Shown piece by piece: positions 30,743 to 40,316 of a stretch of DNA of 64,000 nucleotides (position 1 is its first letter; each line of letters begins with the position of its first letter). A program made the translations under genes and the position numbers. The stretch lies in NCBI GenBank assembly GCA_016297805.1, contig JAEDFX010000001.1:4591-68590 (forward strand). The letters run 5' to 3'. The DNA comes from Treponema sp. (GTDB lineage: Bacteria > Spirochaetota > Spirochaetia > Treponematales > Treponemataceae). The notes beneath the pieces were generated by a model that ran no database searches, had not been told where the DNA came from, and saw only the letters and a list, made by a program, of their open reading frames with translations.

Positions 30743-30934
30743 AATACACTGGTGTCAGTCATCAGTGTATCACTTTTTTTAAATACACTGGTGTCAGTCA
30801 TCGGTGTATCACTTTTTAAATACACTGATGTCAGTCATTGGCGTACCACTTTTTTTAAATACACTGGTGTCAGTCATTGGTGTACCAATTTTTTTAAATA
30901 CACTGGTGTCAGTCATTGGCGTACCACCCTTTTT
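30743..30934 (+). repeat. tandem array of five 37-39 bp hairpin units
   Basis: Units start at 30743, 30782, 30819, 30858, 30897; consensus AATACACTGGTG-TCAGT-CATYRGYGTAY-CAC-Tn-A. Confidence 0.92.
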
Positions 30935-31067
30935 GTTTTACTGACGTGATTGTTGCATTCCACAATATATTCATCCGTTTAATCCGTGCTTTTTTTATCT
31001 ATATTTTTTATAAATTTTTTCAAATTCATTTCCTAAAATCGTCACATTTGGTCTATATTATATATGT

Positions 31068-31853
31068 ATGAATCGTTCCAGTTGTACACAAGCTTTGGTG
31101 CTTAATTTAAAACCGCTTGGAGAAAACAACAGCTCTGTCACTCTTCTCACTCCAGAACATGGCATTTTGTATGCTACTTTATACGGTGGTCCAAAATCAA
31201 AAATGCGTTCACTGGTTGCTCAATGGAACAGCGGGAATATCTGGCTTTATGCTAATCAGGAAAAGAATCAGATAAAAATCAGTGACTTTGAAGTAAAAAA
31301 TTATCATACAAGTTTTGGGCAGAATCTTTTTAAGATGTATGCTGCTTCTCTGGCCGCTGAAATTGCAATAAAAACCCGATGCGCTGGCAGTAACGAACAA
31401 TGTTTCAAGCTGGTGAACGGCTTTTTAGACGGTATGGACCTTTGCGATGAAGATCAATCTCGTCTTGGGCTTCTCCGCTTTTTATGGCGTTACCTGGAGC
31501 TTTTAGGCATACAGCCTGAATCTCATGCCTGTTCGGGCTGTGGCAAATCTTTTTTAGAATCTGAGTTTGCCCCAAATGACATTTCATATTATAATAGTAT
31601 TGATAATAGTTTTATCTGTTCTGAATGTTCTGAAGGATTTTCTCATCCAGAAGGTTCTTCTTTATTGATGAATTTGCAAACCTCTGCAGTTCAATATTTA
31701 ACAGCCGTATCTGTTCTTAAACCTTCAGAAGTCCGCAAGCTTCAGGTCAACAAAGACGGCTACAATCAGATGAAACAAATTATCTTCTTTTTAATTCAAA
31801 ACGGTATTGATCAAAAACTAAACTCTATAGAAACTGGGATGGGAATTTTATGA
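31068..31853 (+). CDS. recO: DNA repair protein RecO
   Basis: N-terminal OB fold (LGENNSSVTLLTPEHG), LELLGIQP, CSGC...CSEC zinc site. Confidence 0.85.
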   Translation: MNRSSCTQALVLNLKPLGENNSSVTLLTPEHGILYATLYGGPKSKMRSLVAQWNSGNIWLYANQEKNQIKISDFEVKNYHTSFGQNLFKMYAASLAAEIAIKTRCAGSNEQCFKLVNGFLDGMDLCDEDQSRLGLLRFLWRYLELLGIQPESHACSGCGKSFLESEFAPNDISYYNSIDNSFICSECSEGFSHPEGSSLLMNLQTSAVQYLTAVSVLKPSEVRKLQVNKDGYNQMKQIIFFLIQNGIDQKLNSIETGMGIL

Positions 31854-33202
31854 GAGCTACTGATGTTATTATAAAAAAACGTGGAACCTTTGTTACTGAC
31901 GATAATGGCAATAAAACATTGCAGGGGTCCCAGCCAAATACAAAAGAAGAAATCCACTTTATGATTCAGGGCTGTGTAGACGGTTCTATTCCTGATTATC
32001 AGATGTCTGCCTGGCTTATGGCTATTTTCTTTAACGGCATGACTTTTGAAGAGACTGGTTATCTTACTTCAGAAATGCTTTATTCCGGTGATGTAATTGA
32101 TTTCCATAAAGATGGAGCAAATGCAGATACAGTTTATGTTGATAAACATTCAACTGGTGGTGTCGGCGACAAGCTTTCTCTTCCTCTTGCAGCAATTGTA
32201 GCAGCCTGCGGATTAAAAGATCCAATGATGAGCGGTCGTGCTCTTGGTCATACAGGCGGTACTCTGGATAAGCTGGAATCTATCAACGGTTTTACAACTC
32301 AGCTTACTCAGGAACAGTTTATGGAAGCTGTTAATAAGTACGGTTATGCCATGATTGGTCAAACACCCAAAATCGCACCTGCAGATAAAAAATTATATGC
32401 ACTTAGAGATGTTACTGGGACTGTAGAATCAGTTCCTCTTATTACAGCCAGTATTCTTTCTAAAAAAATTGCAGAAGGCTCAGACGGTCTTGTATTTGAT
32501 GTAAAATACGGAAACGGTGCCTTCATGAAATCCAAAGCTGATGCAGAAATTCTTGCCACCTTCCTTGTAAATACATCCAAGGCCATGGGTAAAAAAGCTA
32601 CAGCTCTGATTACTGATATGAACACTCCTCTGGGGTACAAAATAGGTAACTTCCTTGAAATCGAAGAAACTATTGAATGTCTTCAGGGAAAAGGTCCTGA
32701 AGATGTTATGGAAGTAACTTACGCATTAGGTGCAGAAATGCTTGTAATGGCAAATCTTGCAAAAAATACTGAAGATGGAATTGCAAAATGCAAAGCTGCA
32801 GTAGATTCTGGTGCAGCTCTTAAAAAATTTCTGGAAAATGTACAGGTTCAAGGCGGGAACGCTGATGAACTTATGGGACAGCTTGGTAAACGACGCTCAC
32901 AATTTAGAACAGAGCTTAAAGCTGAAGAAGACGGTTACATTTTTATTAATGCCTTCAAAACTGGAATGGCAGGTGTAACTCTTGGAGTTGGTCGTAACAA
33001 AACTACTGATCCAGTTTGTCCTGATGCCGGTATGATTTTACATGCCCGAACCGGTGATTTTGTACACAAGGGCGATTTGATTATGGAAATATTTGGTAAA
33101 GATAAAGATTGTTTAGAGGTTGCATTACCTATGCTGCAAGATGCGGTGGTCTACACCCCTGATCAATCTGAAAAAAATCCACTGATTTTCAAAAAAATTT
33201 AA
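31850..33202 (+). CDS. pdp: pyrimidine-nucleoside/thymidine phosphorylase
   Basis: IPDYQMSAWLMA, DKHSTGGVGDK, SGRALGHTGGTLDKLESI, DVKYGNGAFMK. Confidence 0.93.
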   Translation: MRATDVIIKKRGTFVTDDNGNKTLQGSQPNTKEEIHFMIQGCVDGSIPDYQMSAWLMAIFFNGMTFEETGYLTSEMLYSGDVIDFHKDGANADTVYVDKHSTGGVGDKLSLPLAAIVAACGLKDPMMSGRALGHTGGTLDKLESINGFTTQLTQEQFMEAVNKYGYAMIGQTPKIAPADKKLYALRDVTGTVESVPLITASILSKKIAEGSDGLVFDVKYGNGAFMKSKADAEILATFLVNTSKAMGKKATALITDMNTPLGYKIGNFLEIEETIECLQGKGPEDVMEVTYALGAEMLVMANLAKNTEDGIAKCKAAVDSGAALKKFLENVQVQGGNADELMGQLGKRRSQFRTELKAEEDGYIFINAFKTGMAGVTLGVGRNKTTDPVCPDAGMILHARTGDFVHKGDLIMEIFGKDKDCLEVALPMLQDAVVYTPDQSEKNPLIFKKI

Positions 33203-33252
33203 CAGAGACAGATTTCTAAAAGATTTTCTCAATTTCTCAAAAGGACTACACT

Positions 33253-35394
33253 TTGAATAACTGGATTAAGAAGCCTGTTACAAAAGCGGAAATTACACCG
33301 ATTTGTGATAAATTTAATGTTTCCCAGATTCTAGCTTCAATTTTTATCAGGCGTGGAATTACAACAGGGAATGATATTTTATATTATCTTGAAAATGATT
33401 TACGTTTTCAGCACAGCCCTTTCATGTTCTCCAATATGGAAGATGCTGTAGAACGCATTCTTCAGGCAAAAGAAGAAGGTGAAAAGGTGCTGATATTTGG
33501 AGACAGCGATGTTGACGGTATTACAAGTACTGCAATTTTATACGAACACCTTAAAAGAATGGAAATAGATGTTCAATGGCGTCTTCCTCTTTTAGATGAC
33601 CCATATGGACTTTCAATGCATGCTGTTGATGATTTTGCGGCACAGCAAGGAACTTTAATCATTACAGTAGACTGCGGTATTTCAAATTATGATGAAATTC
33701 GTCATGCTAATGATTTGGGAATTGATGTAATTGTTACAGATCATCATAATCCCCCTGAAGAACTTCCTGAAGCAATCATTATTATTGATCCAAAAACCTC
33801 AGATTCAGGATATGCCTTCCAAGACATATCTGGTGCAGCTGTCGCATATAAACTTGTTTCCGCCCTCCGATTTACAGAGTCTGATTTCTATAATGCAGAA
33901 ATCTGTCTATTTGATATAACAGAAGATTCAGAAAATAACTGCTATAATATTGATTGTCTAAAAATACGCAATCTTGTAAAAGTAAAGGAACTTCACGAAA
34001 AAATCATTCCTGGAAAAACTTCTATTTATGATTTGAAACTCCCCTACTTTTTACAAGGACAACTGATTTATGTATGGGACTCTGCTTCCACAAAAAAAAT
34101 TCTTTCAGATATTTTTGGTTCCGGTATCGAATTCAATCTTAATGATTTACGAAATGAAGTTTCAAAAGTCATACCGGCATTAGCAAGAAAAACAACAGCC
34201 CAGTTACAACAGCTTTCTCTTATAGCTAAATATATTGAAAATGAAAACTCCGTAATAAACAGTCTTTTCAATCTATATAAAACCTATTGTCAGAAAATCA
34301 TTGCCTCAAAAACACCTGAACAACTTCAGGATGAAAGAAAAGATTTACAACTTGTTGCTTTGGCTGCTCTGGCAGATATTATGCCTATGCAGAATGAAAA
34401 CCGTATTTTTGTAAAAAATGGTATAGCATCTATCAAAACAGATAGACCAAGACCTGGCCTCGCAGAATTATTCAATAAACTTAAGATAAATGCTGATACT
34501 GTAAATTCTACAGATTTATCCTGGTCGGTTATACCATCGTTAAACGCAGCAGGACGAATGGGAAAATCAGATTTATCTCTACAGCTGCTTATTTCTAAAG
34601 ATCCAAAAGAACGGGAACAACTGGCTAATACAATTTTTGATTTGAATGAAGAACGAAAGGAACTTGTTGCTCAGGCTATCTACAAAATTCACGAGCCTGC
34701 AGAAAAAAGTCTACAGGAATATGAAGGTAAGCTTTGTATTACTGTTGATTCTGACATTAATCAGGGAGTGACTGGTATTGTTGCTTCCCGTCTTATGCAG
34801 GATTTCAACGTTCCTACTCTTGCTATTACTTTCAGTGATGATATTTGTGTAGGATCAATGAGAAGTTGTAGAGGTATGATTGCAACTGATTTTCTTGATA
34901 GTTTCGGTGATTTCTTTATAAATCATGGTGGTCATAACTGTGCTGCAGGATTCAGTTTTCATGCAAACAAACTTGAAACCTTTATTTCCACTGCAAAAAA
35001 AATTGTATCTCAGATTACCTTGCAATCAGAATCTAACATTATAGAGGTTGATGCAGAACTTCCTCCAGAATATATATCTCCAGAAGTTTTTGAATTGCAA
35101 GATACATTTGAACCTTATGGATCTGAAAATTCAGAGCTTCTGTTTATGACCAGTGGTATAAAACTTTGTGACGCAATGGTAGTAGGTAAAAAGGATCCTC
35201 AGCATCTTAAACTGACTTTTGATACAGGAAAATTTAAAATCCCTGCTATGTTCTGGGGACAAGGTGAAAGATTACGAAAAGATATAATTGTTGGGCAAAA
35301 ATATGATATACTCTATAATATGAGTAAAAATTATTTTAACGGTCTTGTAACAAATCAGATTATCATTAAGGAACTTATTTCAAGCTCAAAGTAA
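33253..35394 (+). CDS. recJ: ssDNA-specific exonuclease RecJ
   Basis: FGDSDVDG, ITVDCG, TDHH, LNAAGRM, GSMRS, GGHNCAAG. Confidence 0.93.
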   Translation: MNNWIKKPVTKAEITPICDKFNVSQILASIFIRRGITTGNDILYYLENDLRFQHSPFMFSNMEDAVERILQAKEEGEKVLIFGDSDVDGITSTAILYEHLKRMEIDVQWRLPLLDDPYGLSMHAVDDFAAQQGTLIITVDCGISNYDEIRHANDLGIDVIVTDHHNPPEELPEAIIIIDPKTSDSGYAFQDISGAAVAYKLVSALRFTESDFYNAEICLFDITEDSENNCYNIDCLKIRNLVKVKELHEKIIPGKTSIYDLKLPYFLQGQLIYVWDSASTKKILSDIFGSGIEFNLNDLRNEVSKVIPALARKTTAQLQQLSLIAKYIENENSVINSLFNLYKTYCQKIIASKTPEQLQDERKDLQLVALAALADIMPMQNENRIFVKNGIASIKTDRPRPGLAELFNKLKINADTVNSTDLSWSVIPSLNAAGRMGKSDLSLQLLISKDPKEREQLANTIFDLNEERKELVAQAIYKIHEPAEKSLQEYEGKLCITVDSDINQGVTGIVASRLMQDFNVPTLAITFSDDICVGSMRSCRGMIATDFLDSFGDFFINHGGHNCAAGFSFHANKLETFISTAKKIVSQITLQSESNIIEVDAELPPEYISPEVFELQDTFEPYGSENSELLFMTSGIKLCDAMVVGKKDPQHLKLTFDTGKFKIPAMFWGQGERLRKDIIVGQKYDILYNMSKNYFNGLVTNQIIIKELISSSK

Positions 35395-35407
35395 AAAGGT
35401 GATATTT

Positions 35408-36379
35408 ATGAAAAAAATAATTCTTTTATTAATATTTGCTATTCAATTTTCTTTCATTTATGCAACTACAGCCAGATATCAATGTGAGGATTTTAATTTA
35501 AATGTAAAATATAACGAAACCATTACGCCAGGAGATGCTGTCTTTGTTCGTCTTACAGTATATACTCCTAAAAATCACAAGAAATCAAAGTCTGATTTTG
35601 AAAAAAAAGCTACTCTTCAACTTCTTCAAGAAAAAAAAGTTATTGAAACTGCAGCATTTTACGTTATTCCAAAAACAAAAAAACAGAATTCTGTAGAAAT
35701 GCTATGCGGAATTCCTGTTTCCCTTTGGCTAACAGAAGGAAATTATTCCATTAAATTGATTTTTGCAAATACTGAAACTGATATTAAAGAGTTCATTCTT
35801 CCATCAACCCTAAAGATGAGAGAATTTAATAAGGAAGTTCTTGAACTTGATTCAAAAAATACTGCAATTAAAACAGATAACAGTCCGGAACGTGCACTAC
35901 AAATTGATAAACTTAATAATATTCTTTTTACAACAATTCCTTCTGATGTATATACCCTTAAAAAATTCACACCACCAACCGAATCACAACGATACACAGC
36001 TTATTGTGGCGATCGTCGTGTTTATGCATATACGAATGGAAAATCTTCCACTAGCCTTCATTATGGCAATGATTACGGAGTACCTACCGGTACAGAAGTT
36101 AATGCCTGTGCTGACGGAAAAGTCGTACTTGCTGAAACAAGAATCTCTACAGGCTGGAGTGTTGTAATTGAACATCTCCCAGGCCTTTATAGTCTATACT
36201 ACCATATGAGCGAACTAAACGTAAAAGAAGGTGATATGGTAAAGCAGGGAGAACTTATTGGAAAATCAGGAGCTACAGGCCTGGCAACAGGACCTCATCT
36301 TCATTGGGAAATGAGACTTAACGGTTCTGCAGTTTGCCCTGAATTTTTCCTGAATAATTTTACCTTTGAATCTGAGTAA
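35408..36379 (+). CDS. M23 family metallopeptidase
   Basis: Signal peptide; HYGNDY (HxxxD), GLATGPHLHWE (HxH); ATG 35408 likely (ORF track 35399). Confidence 0.88.
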   Translation: MKKIILLLIFAIQFSFIYATTARYQCEDFNLNVKYNETITPGDAVFVRLTVYTPKNHKKSKSDFEKKATLQLLQEKKVIETAAFYVIPKTKKQNSVEMLCGIPVSLWLTEGNYSIKLIFANTETDIKEFILPSTLKMREFNKEVLELDSKNTAIKTDNSPERALQIDKLNNILFTTIPSDVYTLKKFTPPTESQRYTAYCGDRRVYAYTNGKSSTSLHYGNDYGVPTGTEVNACADGKVVLAETRISTGWSVVIEHLPGLYSLYYHMSELNVKEGDMVKQGELIGKSGATGLATGPHLHWEMRLNGSAVCPEFFLNNFTFESE

Positions 36380-36384
36380 TTTAC

Positions 36385-37002
36385 TTACAGCTCCTGAATT
36401 CCTAACCTGCCATCCTGATTATAGGTAATTGAATAATAGGTATTGGTCTTACAATTGGATAAATCAAGCCTGTATGTATCAATAAGGCCAAAATTTATCA
36501 CAGGATATTTTCTATTAGCGAAAATAGAAATCTTGTATAAATTTTTTCTGTCTTTTAATGATGAGCCAAAGCCCAGCAGCATACATTGTCCATCATCATT
36601 ATAATATTTTTCCAGTGATGTTCCTTTTTTTCTTTCATTTCTGTCTTCAATAATTCTGTTTTTTCCAAAGATTTTTACGGGAAATAAATAATATTTTCCA
36701 TTAATTGTAACCTGTGCAAAATCTACAGACAAATAAGCACCACTCCAGGAACGTTCAATTACAGCAATTTCATTTCCATTTGAATCAATTATAGAAAATG
36801 TACCGCTTACAGTATTTCCCTCTGAAGTGGAAGTAGAACCGTAAATTTTAATACGCAAAACTTCATGGTCATTATTTAATTCCAGCTGATGAGAGGCATT
36901 AAAACAAGATAAATATATATAGCAGGTAAAGAGAATGTATATAATAAAAAATAACATTAGAAACCAGCTGAAAACTCTAAGAAAAATCTTGTTATCTTTC
37001 AT
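36385..37002 (-). CDS. hypothetical membrane-anchored protein
   Basis: N-terminal TM; 205-aa ORF downstream of ligA. Confidence 0.55.
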   Translation of the reverse strand: MKDNKIFLRVFSWFLMLFFIIYILFTCYIYLSCFNASHQLELNNDHEVLRIKIYGSTSTSEGNTVSGTFSIIDSNGNEIAVIERSWSGAYLSVDFAQVTINGKYYLFPVKIFGKNRIIEDRNERKKGTSLEKYYNDDGQCMLLGFGSSLKDRKNLYKISIFANRKYPVINFGLIDTYRLDLSNCKTNTYYSITYNQDGRLGIQEL

Positions 37003-37008
37003 TTACAA

Positions 37009-38919
37009 TTACTGTACCATTGCCAGGAATTCTTTTTCATTAATAATAGGAATTCCAAATTTTGCGGCTTTCACATTTTTTGAGGAGCCACTTTCTGTAT
37101 CATTTGTTACAAGATAAGTTAAATCCTTTGTTACAGAGGATTTTATTGTTCCGCCATTTTTCTTTACCAGTTGTTCTGCATCTGCACGCTTCATAGATAC
37201 AAGTTCACCTGTAAAACAGAATGATTTTCCGCTTAAAGTCCCCTGACCTTCAACTTCAAGGATAATAGTGCCATTTTCTGTAAGAGTACGCATTTCCTGG
37301 GCATTCTCTTTAAGTCCTTCAACTATGGTTTTTGCCATAATTTCAGCAAATCCATAAACAGCGGCAATTTCATCAACTGATGCAGTAAGCAGTTTTTCAA
37401 GAGAATTAAAGCCTGCGGCTACCAGTTTTTCTGCAGATGTTTCACCAACTCCTTCAATATCAAATGCTCCAACAAAAGTGGAAAGCTTCATATTTCTGTG
37501 AGACTGTATAGAATTGTAGACTTTTTCAGCTCCCAGTGATTTTTTATCTGCATCCATGCTTTCTTCATTTAAGAAATATGGAACCAAATCTTCTATCTGA
37601 AGTGAATAAATGTCGGAAATAGAAGTCAGTTTCTTATCTTTAAATAGATTTGTAATAAGAGTTTCTCCTAAATCCCGAATATCCACCACCTGCTGATACT
37701 TCAACAACTGATGTAAAACTCTTTTCTCACACTGTTTGTTAGGACAATATAAACGGCTGCCCTCGTCAATCAGCGTTGTACCACATACTTCACATGTACA
37801 AGGAAAAGCAATATCCTGTGTCTGAATATCCTTTTCTTCAACTACACTTTCTATTTTTGGAATAATTTCACCACGCTTTACAACAACAACGTGACTGCCG
37901 ATTCTCACACCAAGTTTTCGCATAGTATCAGGGTTAGCAAGACTTGCCCTCTGAACTTTTGTTCCATTCAATTCAACTTCATCAAAAATTGCAACTGGAG
38001 TATAAGTTCCTCCGCTAATACTCCACTCAACTGAACGTAGTGTAGAAACGGCTTCTTCAAGACTGAATTTAAAAGCAATCTGATGATCTGGTCGTGCACG
38101 TCTGGCATCTTCCAGATTAATTTTACGTTCTTTTATAACAAGACCATCAATATCATATTCAATAGATTTGCGTTCTTCCATGATTTTTGCACGATACGCA
38201 ATAACCCGGTCTGGTGATTTACAAATAACAAGTCTTACGGCATTGAATCCACAATCCATAAGCCAACGAATTTTTTCTTCTTCGTTTGTAAAGAAAACCT
38301 TATCATCCGTAGAAAGTGCATCATAGGTAATCAGCTTAAGATACTCACTTCCCTCACCATCCTTACGTTTCATAAGACCATTGGCCGCATTTCTACAGTT
38401 TGCCTTATCTGGAAAATATGATTTATGAACTTGATGAGTCATAATGACTTCACCACGAATTCCACCAGTAAAAGGGACTAGTTCTCCATTTTTGTAAATT
38501 GCAGCGTTAACACCACCCATTTTTCTGGCATTGGCAGTAATATCATCTCCGATAGTACCATCCCCTCTGGTTACAGCCCGAACAAGGTATCCATTCTCAT
38601 ACTGAAGCTCAAGAGAGGCTCCATCCAGCTTATATTCTACAAGATACTGTTCATATTTATGCTTTTCAGCCCATGCAAGAAACTGTTCTGGATTTGCAGC
38701 TTTTTCCTGACTACCCATTGGCATTACATGCTGAACCTTTGCAAAATTGCCGGAATCTGCACCAACCCGATGCAAAATTCCATTTTCAGGATCAAGCTCC
38801 TTTAATTCATCCCAAAGCTTATCAAATTCTGCATCAGAAATTTCACCTTCACCATCGTAGTAGGATTTCTGATACTTAGTAATGAGCTGTTCCAGTTCTG
38901 TTATTCGTGGATTTTTCAT
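37009..38919 (-). CDS. ligA: NAD-dependent DNA ligase
   Basis: EYKLDG, VTRGDG, NCRNAANG, IDGLVIK, Zn finger, HhH, BRCT (FCFTGEL). Confidence 0.96.
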   Translation of the reverse strand: MKNPRITELEQLITKYQKSYYDGEGEISDAEFDKLWDELKELDPENGILHRVGADSGNFAKVQHVMPMGSQEKAANPEQFLAWAEKHKYEQYLVEYKLDGASLELQYENGYLVRAVTRGDGTIGDDITANARKMGGVNAAIYKNGELVPFTGGIRGEVIMTHQVHKSYFPDKANCRNAANGLMKRKDGEGSEYLKLITYDALSTDDKVFFTNEEEKIRWLMDCGFNAVRLVICKSPDRVIAYRAKIMEERKSIEYDIDGLVIKERKINLEDARRARPDHQIAFKFSLEEAVSTLRSVEWSISGGTYTPVAIFDEVELNGTKVQRASLANPDTMRKLGVRIGSHVVVVKRGEIIPKIESVVEEKDIQTQDIAFPCTCEVCGTTLIDEGSRLYCPNKQCEKRVLHQLLKYQQVVDIRDLGETLITNLFKDKKLTSISDIYSLQIEDLVPYFLNEESMDADKKSLGAEKVYNSIQSHRNMKLSTFVGAFDIEGVGETSAEKLVAAGFNSLEKLLTASVDEIAAVYGFAEIMAKTIVEGLKENAQEMRTLTENGTIILEVEGQGTLSGKSFCFTGELVSMKRADAEQLVKKNGGTIKSSVTKDLTYLVTNDTESGSSKNVKAAKFGIPIINEKEFLAMVQ

Positions 38920-39632
38920 ATTTTTTCAAAAAAGATTTCTGTAATCTGACGATCAGCATTTAAACCTTTACGTTCAAATTTTGTCTGAGTACGCCAAGGC
39001 TGAGGTTCTGCAAAGCCGTCATATTTATTTTTCAGATGCTCTGTCTGATTCAATTCATCTAAAGCAAATTCAGCATAATCAATAATATCTGTAACAAAAT
39101 ACAAATATCCACCAGGAGCAAGCTTCTGAGCAAAAAGATTTGTTCTAGGTCTCTGAAGCATTCTACGTTTATGATGTCTTTTCTTAGGCCAAGGATCTGG
39201 GAAGAATATATGAAGTCCGTTAATTGAATTATCACCAATCATATTCTCCAGAACTTCCAGAGCATCATATTCAATAATGAAAAGATTTTTTAAGTCACGT
39301 CTTTTAATTTCGCTTAAAACACGGCCAACACCTGGTGTATGAACTTCAATTCCAAGATAATTTATATCAGGATTTGCCTCTGCAATAGCTACAGTTGCAT
39401 CTCCCATTCCAAATCCAATTTCGACAATAACAGGATTTGTATTCTGAAAAACATCAACAAAATTTAATTTTTTAGGCTCATATGGAATACACCACTGTGG
39501 TGCAAGCTCATTATAGGCCTTTTCCTGAGCAGCAGTCATTCTGCCGGCTCTTAATACATAAGTCTTAATCTCTCTACGATAACCCGAGGGTAAAGGTTCT
39601 GCTTCTTTTGCTGTGTTTTCTTCGTGTTCCAT
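38916..39632 (-). CDS. trmB: tRNA (guanine-N7)-methyltransferase
   Basis: VEIGFGMG, FFPDPWPKKRHHKRR, TKFERKG. Confidence 0.96.
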   Translation of the reverse strand: MEHEENTAKEAEPLPSGYRREIKTYVLRAGRMTAAQEKAYNELAPQWCIPYEPKKLNFVDVFQNTNPVIVEIGFGMGDATVAIAEANPDINYLGIEVHTPGVGRVLSEIKRRDLKNLFIIEYDALEVLENMIGDNSINGLHIFFPDPWPKKRHHKRRMLQRPRTNLFAQKLAPGGYLYFVTDIIDYAEFALDELNQTEHLKNKYDGFAEPQPWRTQTKFERKGLNADRQITEIFFEKI

Positions 39633-39643
39633 TTAATTTTCCT

Positions 39644-40312
39644 TTATTCTGTTTCCAGTGACACTTTCTGTTGTGGCATTATACAAATTACATAATTTCC
39701 AGCAGTACACCAGATATCATAATAATATGAAGCTTGTCTATAACTATTCCAGATTCCTCTGGCTGTTTCATATTCACTATATTTTTCCCCATAATACAAC
39801 AATATATCTGATTCATCATAAATAGCTATTTTTTTTGAAGCACCATCAGACTGCATCTTTTCAACAAGCTCTTCGGCTGTTAAATCATAAATTGATGTAT
39901 CATAAGAAATTGTTACATAAACTGTTGTTTCTTTTTCATCTGCATTGAAATATTTTACTTCATACATTCCAGAAGGAATAATTTCATCTTCAGGAACAAC
40001 AAGATTAGTAGAACCTGCCCATTTATGTTCTGAAGATTCAATCTTAGAAAAATCTGTAAAATCCCAGATAAAACTATTTTCCATTGCTGTAATTTTAATA
40101 CGTTCATATCTGGAAATATCTGTATTGGATTCCATAAAAAGACTTAATCTTGAATCTGGAAAGGTTTCATTATCAGCATATTCAAAAATGACCGAATAAT
40201 TTGCTTCTGTAAGCTCTGGAGTAACCTGACTACATCCTGCAGAAACAAAAATCTGAATCAATAAGAAAAAATATACAGAGATTGAAATAATTTTTTTTAA
40301 ATTTTTACCCAT
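39644..40312 (-). CDS. hypothetical lipoprotein
   Basis: Hydrophobic leader ending VSAGC. Confidence 0.6.
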   Translation of the reverse strand: MGKNLKKIISISVYFFLLIQIFVSAGCSQVTPELTEANYSVIFEYADNETFPDSRLSLFMESNTDISRYERIKITAMENSFIWDFTDFSKIESSEHKWAGSTNLVVPEDEIIPSGMYEVKYFNADEKETTVYVTISYDTSIYDLTAEELVEKMQSDGASKKIAIYDESDILLYYGEKYSEYETARGIWNSYRQASYYYDIWCTAGNYVICIMPQQKVSLETE

Positions 40313-40316
40313 AAAA

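Noticed and set aside
30743..30934. CRISPR array
   Set aside because: Repeats are directly adjacent with no unique spacers, and no cas genes are in the window.
30752..30949. 65-aa repetitive ORF
   Set aside because: Translation by-product of the tandem repeat; GTG start without SD.
30743..31853. Type III toxin-antitoxin (ToxI-like ~36-39 nt tandem repeats)
   Set aside because: The downstream gene is recO, not a ToxN/CptN/TenpN-like RNase, and the units are simple hairpins.
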